From Clostridia bacterium (GTDB lineage: Bacteria; Bacillota; Clostridia; Oscillospirales; CAG-382): a stretch of DNA of 64,000 bases. This document shows, one piece after another, positions 25,774-35,144 of this stretch (positions within the stretch are counted from its first letter, which is position 1; the number at the start of each line of letters is the position of its first letter). Made by a program: the position numbers and the translations under genes. The stretch is taken from contig JAFTTN010000029.1 of assembly GCA_017466805.1 (NCBI GenBank), positions 8,928-72,927 of the forward strand, read 5' to 3'. The notes beneath the pieces are model-generated. The model had not been told where the DNA came from. It worked only from the letters and a program-made list of their open reading frames with translations, and did not search any database.

Positions 25774-26843
25774 AATTAAGCGTTATATTTTATAATATCG
25801 GTCAGGGCGTAAAGGGCATTTTCCGTAACAGCGTTATGACCACCGCTTCGCTTTTGGTTCTTATCGCGTGTATGATACTCGTCGGCACGTTTTATCTTAC
25901 TATCGATACTATCGACCGCAACTTCAACGCTATCGATAACTTGAACGTTATCGAGATTATGATGGACAAGGATTACAGCGAATCCGAAATAATCGAAATC
26001 GGCGAAAAGCTTGCGGTTATATGCGATGAATCGCCGATAGTGGAATGGAATAAATCGGAATGGACGCAAAGCGAAGAAGCTCCCGTTCCGAAGCACGAAA
26101 ACTTTAAATACATCTCGCCCGATGAGCATTACGAAATTTTCAAGGAAATGTATAAGGGCGAAGCTTGGATAGATGCGTTCGAAAACGGCCACGATGGCGA
26201 GCACGACGAGGGCGAGCATCTCGGTATAACCAGCTCGATCGAGGACAACCCGCTTCGCGGCAGCTACCGTATCACCTTTATCAACCTTTCGGATTTCGAC
26301 GCCGTCACAAGAGTTAAGAACCAAATCGACTCTATCACGCTTACCGACGCCAACGGCAACGAATACGACGCGGTTAAAACCGAGGATATAAAGGACCATA
26401 TCGAGCTTTACGGTAACGTAATGAGCATTAAAAACACTCTTTACGTCGCAGGGCTTTGGTTAATGGCAATCTTCCTTCTTATATCGCTGTTCGTAATTAT
26501 GAACACGATTAAGCTCGGCGTATTCGCTCGCAGAAACGAAATTAAATTTATGCGTCTGTGCGGTGCGACGAAATCGTTTATCCGTATGCCGTTCCTTGTA
26601 GAAGGCGTTATAATCGGCGTTCTTTCGGCGGCAATTTCGTTCGGTATAGAATATTATTTATACGATTATCTGCTAAAGGATATTATTTCGTCTGCGACCG
26701 GCACTTCCGGCGCAAGCGGAATAATCTCGGCACCCTTCTGGGATGAATACGCTCTTATCGTAGCGGTAGGCTTCCTTGCAATCGGTCTTTTTGCGGGTAT
26801 CGTTTCGTCCAGCATTTCGCTTAAAAAATATCTAAAAGCGTAA
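25770..26843 (+). CDS. ftsX: Cell-division permease FtsX (enlarged extracellular loop)
   Basis: TM1, a roughly 180-aa loop, then three C-terminal TM helices. 4-nt overlap with ftsE. Confidence 0.85.
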   Translation: MKLSVIFYNIGQGVKGIFRNSVMTTASLLVLIACMILVGTFYLTIDTIDRNFNAIDNLNVIEIMMDKDYSESEIIEIGEKLAVICDESPIVEWNKSEWTQSEEAPVPKHENFKYISPDEHYEIFKEMYKGEAWIDAFENGHDGEHDEGEHLGITSSIEDNPLRGSYRITFINLSDFDAVTRVKNQIDSITLTDANGNEYDAVKTEDIKDHIELYGNVMSIKNTLYVAGLWLMAIFLLISLFVIMNTIKLGVFARRNEIKFMRLCGATKSFIRMPFLVEGVIIGVLSAAISFGIEYYLYDYLLKDIISSATGTSGASGIISAPFWDEYALIVAVGFLAIGLFAGIVSSSISLKKYLKA

Positions 26844-26866
26844 TGCACTTAAGGAGCAAAAATTCA

Positions 26867-28165
26867 ATGTCAAAAATAATAAAAAGAGCGCTCCTGCTTC
26901 TTCTTTCGATGATGATGGTGTTCGCTGCAACCGCATTTTCGGTTCCGTACGAGGAAACTGCGGAGGCAAGAACGATATTCGATATCGAAAAGGAATTGAG
27001 CGAGTATAAAAAAGAGCTTTCTCGGCTGCAAAGCGAGCTTGCTCAGATTTCGAAAAATATTGCATCTATCGAAAACCAATCGGGCCAGACCGCAGAGCTG
27101 CTTACACAGTATTGGGCGGAAATCGAAGCGCTCGAGGTTGAAATAACCATTAATAACGCAATAATGGAATCCTACGATGCAAAGCGCGCCGAGGTAATAA
27201 CCGAAATGGCTATTATTCAGGAGGATTACGATTACCGCGTTTCGATGTATAAAAAGCTTATGCAATTTATATACGAAAACAGCAACGTAAATTCCTTCGA
27301 GCTTCTGTTTTCTGCGGAAAGTATTTCGGATTATCTTACCAAGCGCGACCATTTCAACGATATAATGAATGCCGCAAACGAGCTTATCAAGGAAATCGAG
27401 GTATCTATCTCCGACCTTGAAGCGCTCGATGCCGAGCTTTCCGAAACCCAATCCAAATACGATACCTATCTTACCGACCTCAACCGCTCCAAGCTTGAAA
27501 GAGAACAGAAAATAACCGAGTTCGAAACAATAGCAAAGGAATTGAACCTTAATTCCGAGGAGCTTTCGGCGCAGGTTACCGAAAAGAACGCCGAAATCAA
27601 AAACATAAAAACAAAAATTGCCGCGCTCGAGGAAGAACGCAAGAAGATGTATAACGATACTTCGGTGTTCTGCTGGCCGGTACAAACCTCTTCTTACCGT
27701 GTAACCAGCCAATACGGCTGGCGTAACGACCCGTTCGGTAAGCCAACAACCGAATTCCACAAGGGTATCGATATAGCCTGCTCGAGAGGTACGCCTATTC
27801 TTGCGGTGCGCGACGGTGTTGTTACCAAAGCGACCTCTTACGGCGGCTACGGTGAATGCGTTATCGTGTACCACGGCAACGGCATTTCCTCGCTTTACGC
27901 GCATATAGATAACAGCGGCAAAAACGGCGATCTTCCTTATAAGAGTATAGTCAACGGCAAGCCGACCTATTGCGTAAAGGAAGGCGACAGCGTTAAAAAA
28001 GGTCAGGTTCTGGCATACGTCGGAACAACGGGCAGATCGACCGGCTATCACCTGCATTTCGGTGTTATAAATACCAACGAAAGCCACCCGCAAGGCGGCC
28101 AGTATGCAGACCCGAACAAATACCTGCCCAACGGTTATTACGAAAAAAAGACCTATAATAATTAA
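26867..28165 (+). CDS. Coiled-coil M23 peptidase (EnvC/PcsB-like FtsEX partner)
   Basis: Signal or anchor sequence, long heptad-rich region, C-terminal HKGIDIA...GYHLHFG M23 motifs. AAGGAG RBS before the ATG at 26867. Confidence 0.8.
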   Translation: MSKIIKRALLLLLSMMMVFAATAFSVPYEETAEARTIFDIEKELSEYKKELSRLQSELAQISKNIASIENQSGQTAELLTQYWAEIEALEVEITINNAIMESYDAKRAEVITEMAIIQEDYDYRVSMYKKLMQFIYENSNVNSFELLFSAESISDYLTKRDHFNDIMNAANELIKEIEVSISDLEALDAELSETQSKYDTYLTDLNRSKLEREQKITEFETIAKELNLNSEELSAQVTEKNAEIKNIKTKIAALEEERKKMYNDTSVFCWPVQTSSYRVTSQYGWRNDPFGKPTTEFHKGIDIACSRGTPILAVRDGVVTKATSYGGYGECVIVYHGNGISSLYAHIDNSGKNGDLPYKSIVNGKPTYCVKEGDSVKKGQVLAYVGTTGRSTGYHLHFGVINTNESHPQGGQYADPNKYLPNGYYEKKTYNN

Positions 28166-28177
28166 AGAAGGATATTA

Positions 28178-29428
28178 ATGTTCAAAAAAAGAATAACCCC
28201 GTTTGCCTGTATCGTTATCACTCTGCTTGCCTGCGTTGCAACCTTCGTTGCGGTGTATTCCGCATCGGAAATCAAGCACAAGCAGGAAATCAACGATATA
28301 CGGCTCGAAGCTGCCGAATACGGCGCGTACGAGGATTTTTTCGAGCTTGTCGGCGATAATACCGATAAGCACACGAAGCTTGCGCAGATGATTGCGATGA
28401 TCGAAGGCTATTACATCCACGATTACGACGAAAATCTGGTTTGGGAAAATCTTTACAAATCGCTTGTCGAAAGCATTGCGGACGATTACGGACAATATCT
28501 TACTGCAGAGGAATACGAAGCGTTGATCGATTCTGCCGACGGTGATTTTGTCGGAATCGGCGTTCACGCCACCTTCGACGTAGATACCGAGGGTGTTTAT
28601 ATCTTCGGCGTTATTCCAAATTCACCTGCCGAGCTTGCGGGCTTGCAAAAGGGTGATATAATCGTTTCCGCCGAGGGAATAGAATCCTCCGAGGAAAGCT
28701 ATTACAAGCTTTTGGATTCGGTACGCGGCGAAGCGGGAACCGAGGTAAGCCTTACCGTTTTGCGCGGCGAGGAAAAAATCGATTTCAAAATCAAGCGTCA
28801 AGCCGTATCGGCGGAAAACGTGTTTTACGAAAAGCTCGAAAATAATATAGGCTATATCCGCATACTTTCGTTTGCCGACGAAAGCGTTTCGGAGGAGTTC
28901 ACAAAAAAGCTTGCGCTTGCACAGAGCGAGGGCTGCAAAAAATTTATTTTCGACGTGCGCAACAATACCGGCGGATATCTTAACGAGATATGCGACGTGC
29001 TCGACCTTCTTCTTCCCGAAGGACCGATAATAAATATCGTCGATAAAAACGGCACTACCAAAACCCAAAATTCCGATGCGAATTGCATACAAGCCGAAAT
29101 GACTGTGCTTTGCAACGGAAACACCGCTTCGGCGGCAGAGCTGTTTACCGCAGCACTGCGCGATTACGAGCTTGCCGAAATTATCGGCACAACCACCTTC
29201 GGCAAGGGTACTATGCAAACGACGAGATATCTTGTTGACGGCAGTACGTTAAAGCTTTCCAGCGCGTTCTATAATCCCCCTTCGAATATCAGCTACGATA
29301 AAATCGGCATTAAGCCCGATTACGAAATAAAGCTTTCGGAGGAATGGGAAAACCGATTCTTTAAAATGCCGAATGAAGAGGATACACAGCTTCAAAAGGC
29401 AATCGAGCTGCTTAATGCGACAAAATAA
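28178..29428 (+). CDS. S41 C-terminal processing peptidase with PDZ domain
   Basis: PDZ GLQKGDIIVSAEG. S41 motifs FDVRNNTGGY and NGNTASAAE. Confidence 0.85.
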   Translation: MFKKRITPFACIVITLLACVATFVAVYSASEIKHKQEINDIRLEAAEYGAYEDFFELVGDNTDKHTKLAQMIAMIEGYYIHDYDENLVWENLYKSLVESIADDYGQYLTAEEYEALIDSADGDFVGIGVHATFDVDTEGVYIFGVIPNSPAELAGLQKGDIIVSAEGIESSEESYYKLLDSVRGEAGTEVSLTVLRGEEKIDFKIKRQAVSAENVFYEKLENNIGYIRILSFADESVSEEFTKKLALAQSEGCKKFIFDVRNNTGGYLNEICDVLDLLLPEGPIINIVDKNGTTKTQNSDANCIQAEMTVLCNGNTASAAELFTAALRDYELAEIIGTTTFGKGTMQTTRYLVDGSTLKLSSAFYNPPSNISYDKIGIKPDYEIKLSEEWENRFFKMPNEEDTQLQKAIELLNATK

Positions 29429-29482
29429 GCGGCAAAATTCAAGTATAATAATTTCAGATATACAAAGAGGAGAAACACACCA

Positions 29483-29956
29483 ATGGCTAAACAGATAATC
29501 GTATCCCACGAGGGACTTAAAAAGCTTCAGCAGGAGCTCGAGCATCTTAAAACCGTAAAGCGTAAGGAGGTTGCGCAGGCTATCCAAAAGGCAAGAGCAT
29601 ACGGCGACCTTTCGGAAAACAGTGAATACGATGAAGCTAAAAACGAGCAGGCGGAAATCGAAGGTAAGATAGCAAACCTCGAAGCAACGCTCGAAAACGC
29701 TATCGTTCTCGACGATGCAGAGCTCGGTACCGATAAAGTAAACGTAGGTAACAAGGTTACGGTTCACAATATCGATGCCGACGAGGAAGCGGAATACAAA
29801 ATCGTTTCCACCGCAGAAGCAGACCCCATTATGGGACTTATCAGCGACGATAGCCCCCTCGGCAAAGCGCTTATCGGTCAGCGCAAGGGCGACAGCGTAA
29901 ACGTAGAAACCCCTATGGGTATCGTAAAGTATACCATTACCGAAATTTCCAAGTAA
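29483..29956 (+). CDS. greA: Transcription elongation factor GreA
   Basis: 157 aa. GDLSENSEYDEAKNEQ motif. Confidence 0.9.
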   Translation: MAKQIIVSHEGLKKLQQELEHLKTVKRKEVAQAIQKARAYGDLSENSEYDEAKNEQAEIEGKIANLEATLENAIVLDDAELGTDKVNVGNKVTVHNIDADEEAEYKIVSTAEADPIMGLISDDSPLGKALIGQRKGDSVNVETPMGIVKYTITEISK

Positions 29957-29974
29957 TATAAAGGCAGTATAATT

Positions 29975-31471
29975 ATGAGCGAAGAAATCAAGAACAATGC
30001 CCAACAGGAAACGGTTAACCTCGGCGACCTTTTAGCAGTGCGCCGCCAAAAGCTTGCCGACCTTCAGGCAGAGGGCAAGGACCCGTTCGTTATAACCAAG
30101 TACGACGTTACACACCACAGCGCAGATATAAAAGAAAATTACGTCGAAAACCAAGAGGTAAGCATCGCCGGCAGACTTATGTCCAAGCGTGTTATGGGTA
30201 AAGCCTCTTTCTGCAATGTTCAGGATTTAAAGGGTACTATTCAGTGCTACGTCGCGCGCGATAATATCGGCGTCGAGGAATATCAAGGCTTTAAGAAGTT
30301 CGATATCGGCGATATAGTCGGTGTAAAGGGCAGCGTTTTCACCACCAAAACCGGTGAGATCTCTATCCACGTTACCGAAATCACCCTTCTTTCGAAGAGC
30401 TTGCAGATTCTTCCCGAAAAGTATCACGGTCTTACCAATACCGATACGAGATACCGTCAAAGATACGTCGACCTTATTATGAATGCCGACGTAAAGGATA
30501 CCTTTATCAAGCGCTCCAAAATAATCAGCTCTATCCGTCGCTTTCTCGATGCGCAGGGCTTTTTAGAGGTGGAAACACCTATGCTCGTTTCGAACGCGGG
30601 CGGCGCTGCGGCAAGACCCTTCGAAACCCACTTCAATGCACTTGACGAGGATTTCAAGCTTCGTATCTCGCTCGAGCTTTACTTAAAGCGTCTTATCGTC
30701 GGCGGTATGGAACGCGTTTACGAAATCGGCAGAGTTTTCCGTAACGAAGGCTTGGATACCCGCCATAACCCCGAATTTACGCTTATGGAGCTTTATCAGG
30801 CATATACCGATTACCACGGTATGATGGACCTTACCGAAAATATGTACCGTCACGTTGCAAACGAGGTGCTCGGCACCACCACTATCGTTTACAACGGTGT
30901 GGAAATGGACCTCGGTAAGCCCTTTGAGCGTATCACGATGGTAGATGCGGTTAAAAAATATTCGGGCGTGGATTTCAACGAAATCAAAACGCTCGAAGAA
31001 GCACGCGCAATCGCAAAGGAAAAGGGTGTGGAATACGAGGACCGTCACAAGAAGGGTGATATCCTTAACCTCTTCTTCGAGGAATTTGTGGAAGAGCACC
31101 TTATTCAGCCCACCTTCGTAATGGATCACCCGGTAGAAATCTCGCCGCTTACCAAGCGTAAGCCCGAAAACCCCGAATACGTAGAACGCTTCGAATTCTT
31201 TATGAACGGCTGGGAAATGGCAAACGCATACTCCGAGCTTAACGACCCGATCGATCAGCGCGAACGCTTCAAGGATCAGGAAGCACAGCTTGCCGCAGGC
31301 GATGCCGAAGCAAACACCACCGACGAGGACTTCCTCAACGCACTCGAAATCGGTATGCCCCCCACAGGCGGTATCGGCTACGGTATCGATAGAATGTGTA
31401 TGCTTCTTACCGATTCGCAGGCTATCCGCGACGTTTTGCTTTTCCCCACGATGAAGAGTTTGGATAAGTAA
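29975..31471 (+). CDS. lysS: Lysine--tRNA ligase (class II)
   Basis: 498 aa. [20 protein letters not shown] and [15 protein letters not shown] motifs. The last 5 codons differ from the displaced copy at 32510-32524. Confidence 0.9.
   Translation: MSEEIKNNAQQETVNLGDLLAVRRQKLADLQAEGKDPFVITKYDVTHHSADIKENYVENQEVSIAGRLMSKRVMGKASFCNVQDLKGTIQCYVARDNIGVEEYQGFKKFDIGDIVGVKGSVFTTKTGEISIHVTEITLLSKSLQILPEKYHGLTNTDTRYRQRYVDLIMNADVKDTFIKRSKIISSIRRFLDAQGFLEVETPMLVSNAGGAAARPFETHFNALDEDFKLRISLELYLKRLIVGGMERVYEIGRVFRNEGLDTRHNPEFTLMELYQAYTDYHGMMDLTENMYRHVANEVLGTTTIVYNGVEMDLGKPFERITMVDAVKKYSGVDFNEIKTLEEARAIAKEKGVEYEDRHKKGDILNLFFEEFVEEHLIQPTFVMDHPVEISPLTKRKPENPEYVERFEFFMNGWEMANAYSELNDPIDQRERFKDQEAQLAAGDAEANTTDEDFLNALEIGMPPTGGIGYGIDRMCMLLTDSQAIRDVLLFPTMKSLDK
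31400..31456 (+). repeat. 57-bp direct repeat, copy 1 (inside the lysS 3' end)
   Basis: ATGCTTCTTACCGATTCGCAGGCTATCCGCGACGTTTTGCTTTTCCCCACGATGAAG, identical to 32453-32509. Confidence 0.95.
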
Positions 31472-31563
31472 AATACAATAACGGCCCGATTCTATTGCAA
31501 TCGGGCTTCGTTGCTTTTACAAACGTAAATACAGTTGCATACAGATGTTAATGTGAGGTAAAC

Positions 31564-32433
31564 GTGCTAAATAGAATATATTCGGAAAGCTGGAACGTTG
31601 CATTCAGAAATACTCCCACAGGCGATATATTAAATAACAAAAGCGAGCCTTTCACAATTATAAAGAACAATTTCAGATATTGGGCGGCAGATCCGTTCGT
31701 TCTTGAAATCAAAGATAAGGTGTACGTATTTGCCGAGTTGTTCGATTACATATTGCGCCGCGGTATCCTGGGATATTGCACTATCTCGGATAACAAAGCA
31801 AGTAAATGGACTCCGATTATCAAAGAGCCCTATCATCTGTCCTTTCCGTGTGTTTTTATGCAAGACGGCGTTGTTTATTTAATGCCGGAATCTAATGCGG
31901 GTGAGGTTTTGACGCTGTATAAGTGTGAAGAATTTCCTTGCACTTGGAAAAGAATCAAAACATTGCGGTCGAACGTAAAATTTGCCGATACTACTCCTAT
32001 GCCGTTTCCGTGGCAACGCTATGCCGTTACGCACAGCATAAACGACGTAAACGATCCGAAATTGTTGCTGATCGATACGTTCGGGGAGGAAGCAGATAGG
32101 TGCGTTCCGCACGAGAATACGTTGCGCTCGCGTCCCGCCGGTCACTTTTTGAGCTATAAAGAAAAAATGCTTCGCCCTGCGCAGTATTCAGAGGATAACG
32201 ATAAAGGATACGGCAAAAGTCTGGTGTTTTACGAATGCAAATTCGACGGTTCGGAATACTCCGAAATAGAGTTTGCAGAGATTAAGCCGGAAGAACAGTG
32301 TTATAATAAAAGAATATATTTGAATGGTATGCATACGTATAATTCAAGCGAACACTACGAGGTAATAGACCTAAAAACCCGTAGATTTAATCCGTTGGAT
32401 TTTATAATGCGATTGCTCGGAAAAGTATTTTGA
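31564..32433 (+). CDS. Hypothetical protein in the lysS-associated insert (possible GH43-like/GINT1-like beta-propeller family)
   Basis: 289 aa with a GTG start. WAADPF...HLSFPCVF..DGVVYLMPES resembles the bacterial 'glucosamine inositolphosphorylceramide transferase family' by recollection only. Confidence 0.55.
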   Translation: MLNRIYSESWNVAFRNTPTGDILNNKSEPFTIIKNNFRYWAADPFVLEIKDKVYVFAELFDYILRRGILGYCTISDNKASKWTPIIKEPYHLSFPCVFMQDGVVYLMPESNAGEVLTLYKCEEFPCTWKRIKTLRSNVKFADTTPMPFPWQRYAVTHSINDVNDPKLLLIDTFGEEADRCVPHENTLRSRPAGHFLSYKEKMLRPAQYSEDNDKGYGKSLVFYECKFDGSEYSEIEFAEIKPEEQCYNKRIYLNGMHTYNSSEHYEVIDLKTRRFNPLDFIMRLLGKVF

Positions 32434-32452
32434 CCGATTGCCCGCGATTGCC

Positions 32453-32509
32453 ATGCTTCTTACCGATTCGCAGGCTATCCGCGACGTTTTGCTTTTCCCC
32501 ACGATGAAG
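32453..32509 (+). repeat. 57-bp direct repeat, copy 2
   Basis: Perfect copy of 31400-31456. Confidence 0.95.
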
Positions 32510-32524
32510 CCTCTTTCGGAGTAA
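32453..32524 (+). pseudogene. Displaced lysS 3' fragment (...[23 protein letters not shown])
   Basis: In-frame continuation of the repeat to a TAA at 32522-32524, followed by a strong terminator. Confidence 0.8.
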
Positions 32525-32529
32525 TATTA

Positions 32530-32568
32530 AGCCGAAAACGCTTATTTCAAGGCGTTTTCGGCTTTTTG
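32530..32568 (+). terminator. Intrinsic terminator (probable original lysS terminator)
   Basis: Stem AGCCGAAAACGC/GCGTTTTCGGCT followed by a T-run. Confidence 0.8.
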
Positions 32569-32730
32569 TTTGTTCAAAATATTGCTTGAAAAAGTGTTTT
32601 GCGACAGATTTACGACAAGCATATTTGCAAATGACCTTTGTGCTCTACGAAAAAGCAGTGTCGTAAATAAACAGCGTTTTATTATAAGGCTTTAACCATA
32701 GTTTGTTAGAGCCTTATTTTTGCAAAAATG

Positions 32731-32759
32731 TTGACATTTAGTGTGAATGGTGATAAAAT
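32731..32759 (+). promoter_or_regulatory. SigA-type promoter upstream of the TetR/ABC operon
   Basis: TTGACA (32731-32736), 17-nt spacer, TAAAAT (32754-32759). Confidence 0.55.
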
Positions 32760-32801
32760 AACATACGATATATAACAAAAGCTATATTATAGAGGTGCAT
32801 C

Positions 32802-33362
32802 ATGCCGCCTAAGGTTAAAGTGACAAAAGAAGAGATTATAAGTGCTGCCGTTAATATTGTGCGAAGCAGTGGAGCGCAAGCGATCAATGCAAGAACAATC
32901 GCTTCTGTTTTGAACTGTTCTACGCAACCGGTGTTTTCGAATTTTGCTACGATGGACGAGCTGCGTTTTGCTGTTGTAGAAAGAGCGGATATGCTGTGTC
33001 AAGAGTATATGCAGCGAGAAGTTGATAGCGGGAGGTTTCCTGCTTACAAGGCAAACGGTATGGCATACATACGGTTTGCCAAAGAAGAAAAAGAACTGTT
33101 CAAGCTTCTTTATATGCGTGATCGTTCGAGCGAATTAATTCCCGAAACAACAGAGCAAACCGACAAAATGGAGTCGATGGTCCATAATAATACGGGACTT
33201 AACGGGGCAGATGCAAAGCTATTCCACCTCGAGATGTGGGCGTATGTTCATGGAATTGCCACGATGTTTGCAACAGGATTTTTAGATCTTGATTGGGGGC
33301 TTGTAAGCCGTATGCTCACGGATTCTTATCAGGGACTTCGGAAACAATATGGTATGGAGTGA
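32802..33362 (+). CDS. TetR/AcrR-family transcriptional regulator
   Basis: N-terminal HTH region EEIISAAVNIVRSSGAQAINARTIASVLNCSTQPVFSNF. Confidence 0.8.
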   Translation: MPPKVKVTKEEIISAAVNIVRSSGAQAINARTIASVLNCSTQPVFSNFATMDELRFAVVERADMLCQEYMQREVDSGRFPAYKANGMAYIRFAKEEKELFKLLYMRDRSSELIPETTEQTDKMESMVHNNTGLNGADAKLFHLEMWAYVHGIATMFATGFLDLDWGLVSRMLTDSYQGLRKQYGME

Positions 33363-33368
33363 TAACGA

Positions 33369-34097
33369 ATGGACGCTATTAGAATCGAAAATTTAACAAA
33401 AAAATATAAAGATGTCGTTGCGGTAGATTCTCTTGATCTTTCCGTTCACAAGGGCGAATTGCTTTCTTTGCTCGGTGTAAACGGAGCGGGAAAAACAACT
33501 ACAATAAAAATGTTGTCCTGCCTTACACAACCCACAAGCGGAGATGCCTTTATTAACGGAAAAAGCATTTGCAAAGATACTGCCGCGGTGAAATCGATCA
33601 TAGCTGTTTCTCCGCAGGAAACTGCGATTGCGTCGGGTCTTTCGGTACGTGAAAACCTTGAACTGATGTGTGGTGTTTACGGCTTTACAAAGGACAAGGA
33701 AAAAGCGAAAATCGCAGAACTGACCGAACTGCTCGGATTGAAAACCGTTATCAAGAAAAAAGCAGGCAAACTGTCGGGAGGCTGGCAACGTAGACTGAGC
33801 ATTGCCATGGCGCTTATCAGCGAACCGAAGATATTGTTTCTTGACGAACCAACGCTTGGTCTTGACGTACTTGCCCGAAGCGACTTGTGGGATATGATAC
33901 GTTCGCTTAAAGGGAAGGTTACCATTATTCTGACAACGCATTATATGGAAGAAGCAGAAGCTTTGTCCGACCGTATCGCTATTATGAAAGACGGTAAGCT
34001 CCTTATATGCGATGCCGCTGACAAGATTAAGGAAACAGCGGGAACGGATAATTTAGAGCAGGCATTCATTCGTATCGTTAAGGGGGTGGCAAAATGA
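33369..34097 (+). CDS. ABC transporter ATP-binding protein
   Basis: Walker A GVNGAGKTT, signature LSGGWQRR, Walker B LFLDEPT. Confidence 0.9.
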   Translation: MDAIRIENLTKKYKDVVAVDSLDLSVHKGELLSLLGVNGAGKTTTIKMLSCLTQPTSGDAFINGKSICKDTAAVKSIIAVSPQETAIASGLSVRENLELMCGVYGFTKDKEKAKIAELTELLGLKTVIKKKAGKLSGGWQRRLSIAMALISEPKILFLDEPTLGLDVLARSDLWDMIRSLKGKVTIILTTHYMEEAEALSDRIAIMKDGKLLICDAADKIKETAGTDNLEQAFIRIVKGVAK

Positions 34098-34825
34098 GAA
34101 TGCTCACTTTTGCAAACAGAAATACAAAAGAAATATTGCGCGATCCGTTGACACTTATCTTTGGACTCGGCTTTCCCCTTGTTTTAATTTTGCTGTTAAG
34201 TGCCATACAAGCTAATATCCCCGTAGAACTCTTTGAGGTACAGCATTTAACTCCGGGTGTAACGGTTTTCGGTTTGGCTTTTATGACGCTGTTTTCGGCA
34301 ACCATTATCGCAAAAGACAGAGGCAGTTCGCTGTTGCAGCGTTTGTATACAACGCCATTGACCCCTTTGGATTTCATACTTGGTTACACGTTGCCTATCA
34401 TTCCGATTTCTGTCGCTCAATGCGTTATCTGCTATATTGCGGCAATCGTTCTCGGGCTGGATATTACAATTAATATTTTGTATGCTGTGGTATGTATCAT
34501 TCCTGTTTCTATCCTCTACATTGCTATTGGACTTCTTTGCGGAAGTGTACTGAACTATAAGCAGGTGGGGGGCATCTGCGGCGCGTTGCTAACAAACCTT
34601 TCGGCGTGGTTGTCGGGTGTTTGGTTTGATCTTGAACTTGTAGGAGGTGCTTTTAAGAAGATTGCATATGCACTTCCGTTTGTTCATGCGGTAGAGATGG
34701 AACGCGCTATGCTTGCAGGCGATTTTTCGGGGATTTTTCCGCATCTTTGGTGGGTGCTTGGATATGCTGCCGTTCTGTTTGTATTAGCGGTGTTAATGTT
34801 CCTGCGACAGATGAAAAAACAGTAA
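34094..34825 (+). CDS. ABC-2-type transporter permease
   Basis: 243 aa, about six TM helices, 4-nt overlap with the ATPase gene. Confidence 0.8.
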   Translation: MRMLTFANRNTKEILRDPLTLIFGLGFPLVLILLLSAIQANIPVELFEVQHLTPGVTVFGLAFMTLFSATIIAKDRGSSLLQRLYTTPLTPLDFILGYTLPIIPISVAQCVICYIAAIVLGLDITINILYAVVCIIPVSILYIAIGLLCGSVLNYKQVGGICGALLTNLSAWLSGVWFDLELVGGAFKKIAYALPFVHAVEMERAMLAGDFSGIFPHLWWVLGYAAVLFVLAVLMFLRQMKKQ

Positions 34826-35069
34826 TTATCTAAATTAGAGGATACGTATTTCCTTGTTCGACAACCGAAAAAAATAAATAAGCATTCAAGCCGAGAAACC
34901 GAAATTCGTTTCAAGGCTTGGGTGCTTTTTTGTTATTGTGAGGACCTTTTGTTATAGTTTTTGAAACAAGAACGCGTTTTCTTGGGAAACGTGTTGTGTA
35001 TATTCAACAAAAACGCTTTCCTAATCTACAGCTCTTTATACAAAATTTCAGCAAATTTGCCTTTTTGGC

Positions 35070-35098
35070 TTGCAATCCTATTTAGAGAGTGATATAAT
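35070..35098 (+). promoter_or_regulatory. SigA-type promoter upstream of the repeat-protein gene
   Basis: TTGCAA (35070-35075), 17-nt spacer, TATAAT (35093-35098). Confidence 0.55.
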
Positions 35099-35144
35099 CA
35101 AACACATAAGTGTTCTTTGCAACTATAAGTTAGGAGAAATTCAA

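Noticed and set aside
26870-28093. 407-aa ORF on the minus strand.
   Set aside because: It is antisense to the coiled-coil M23 peptidase gene. This is a shadow ORF.
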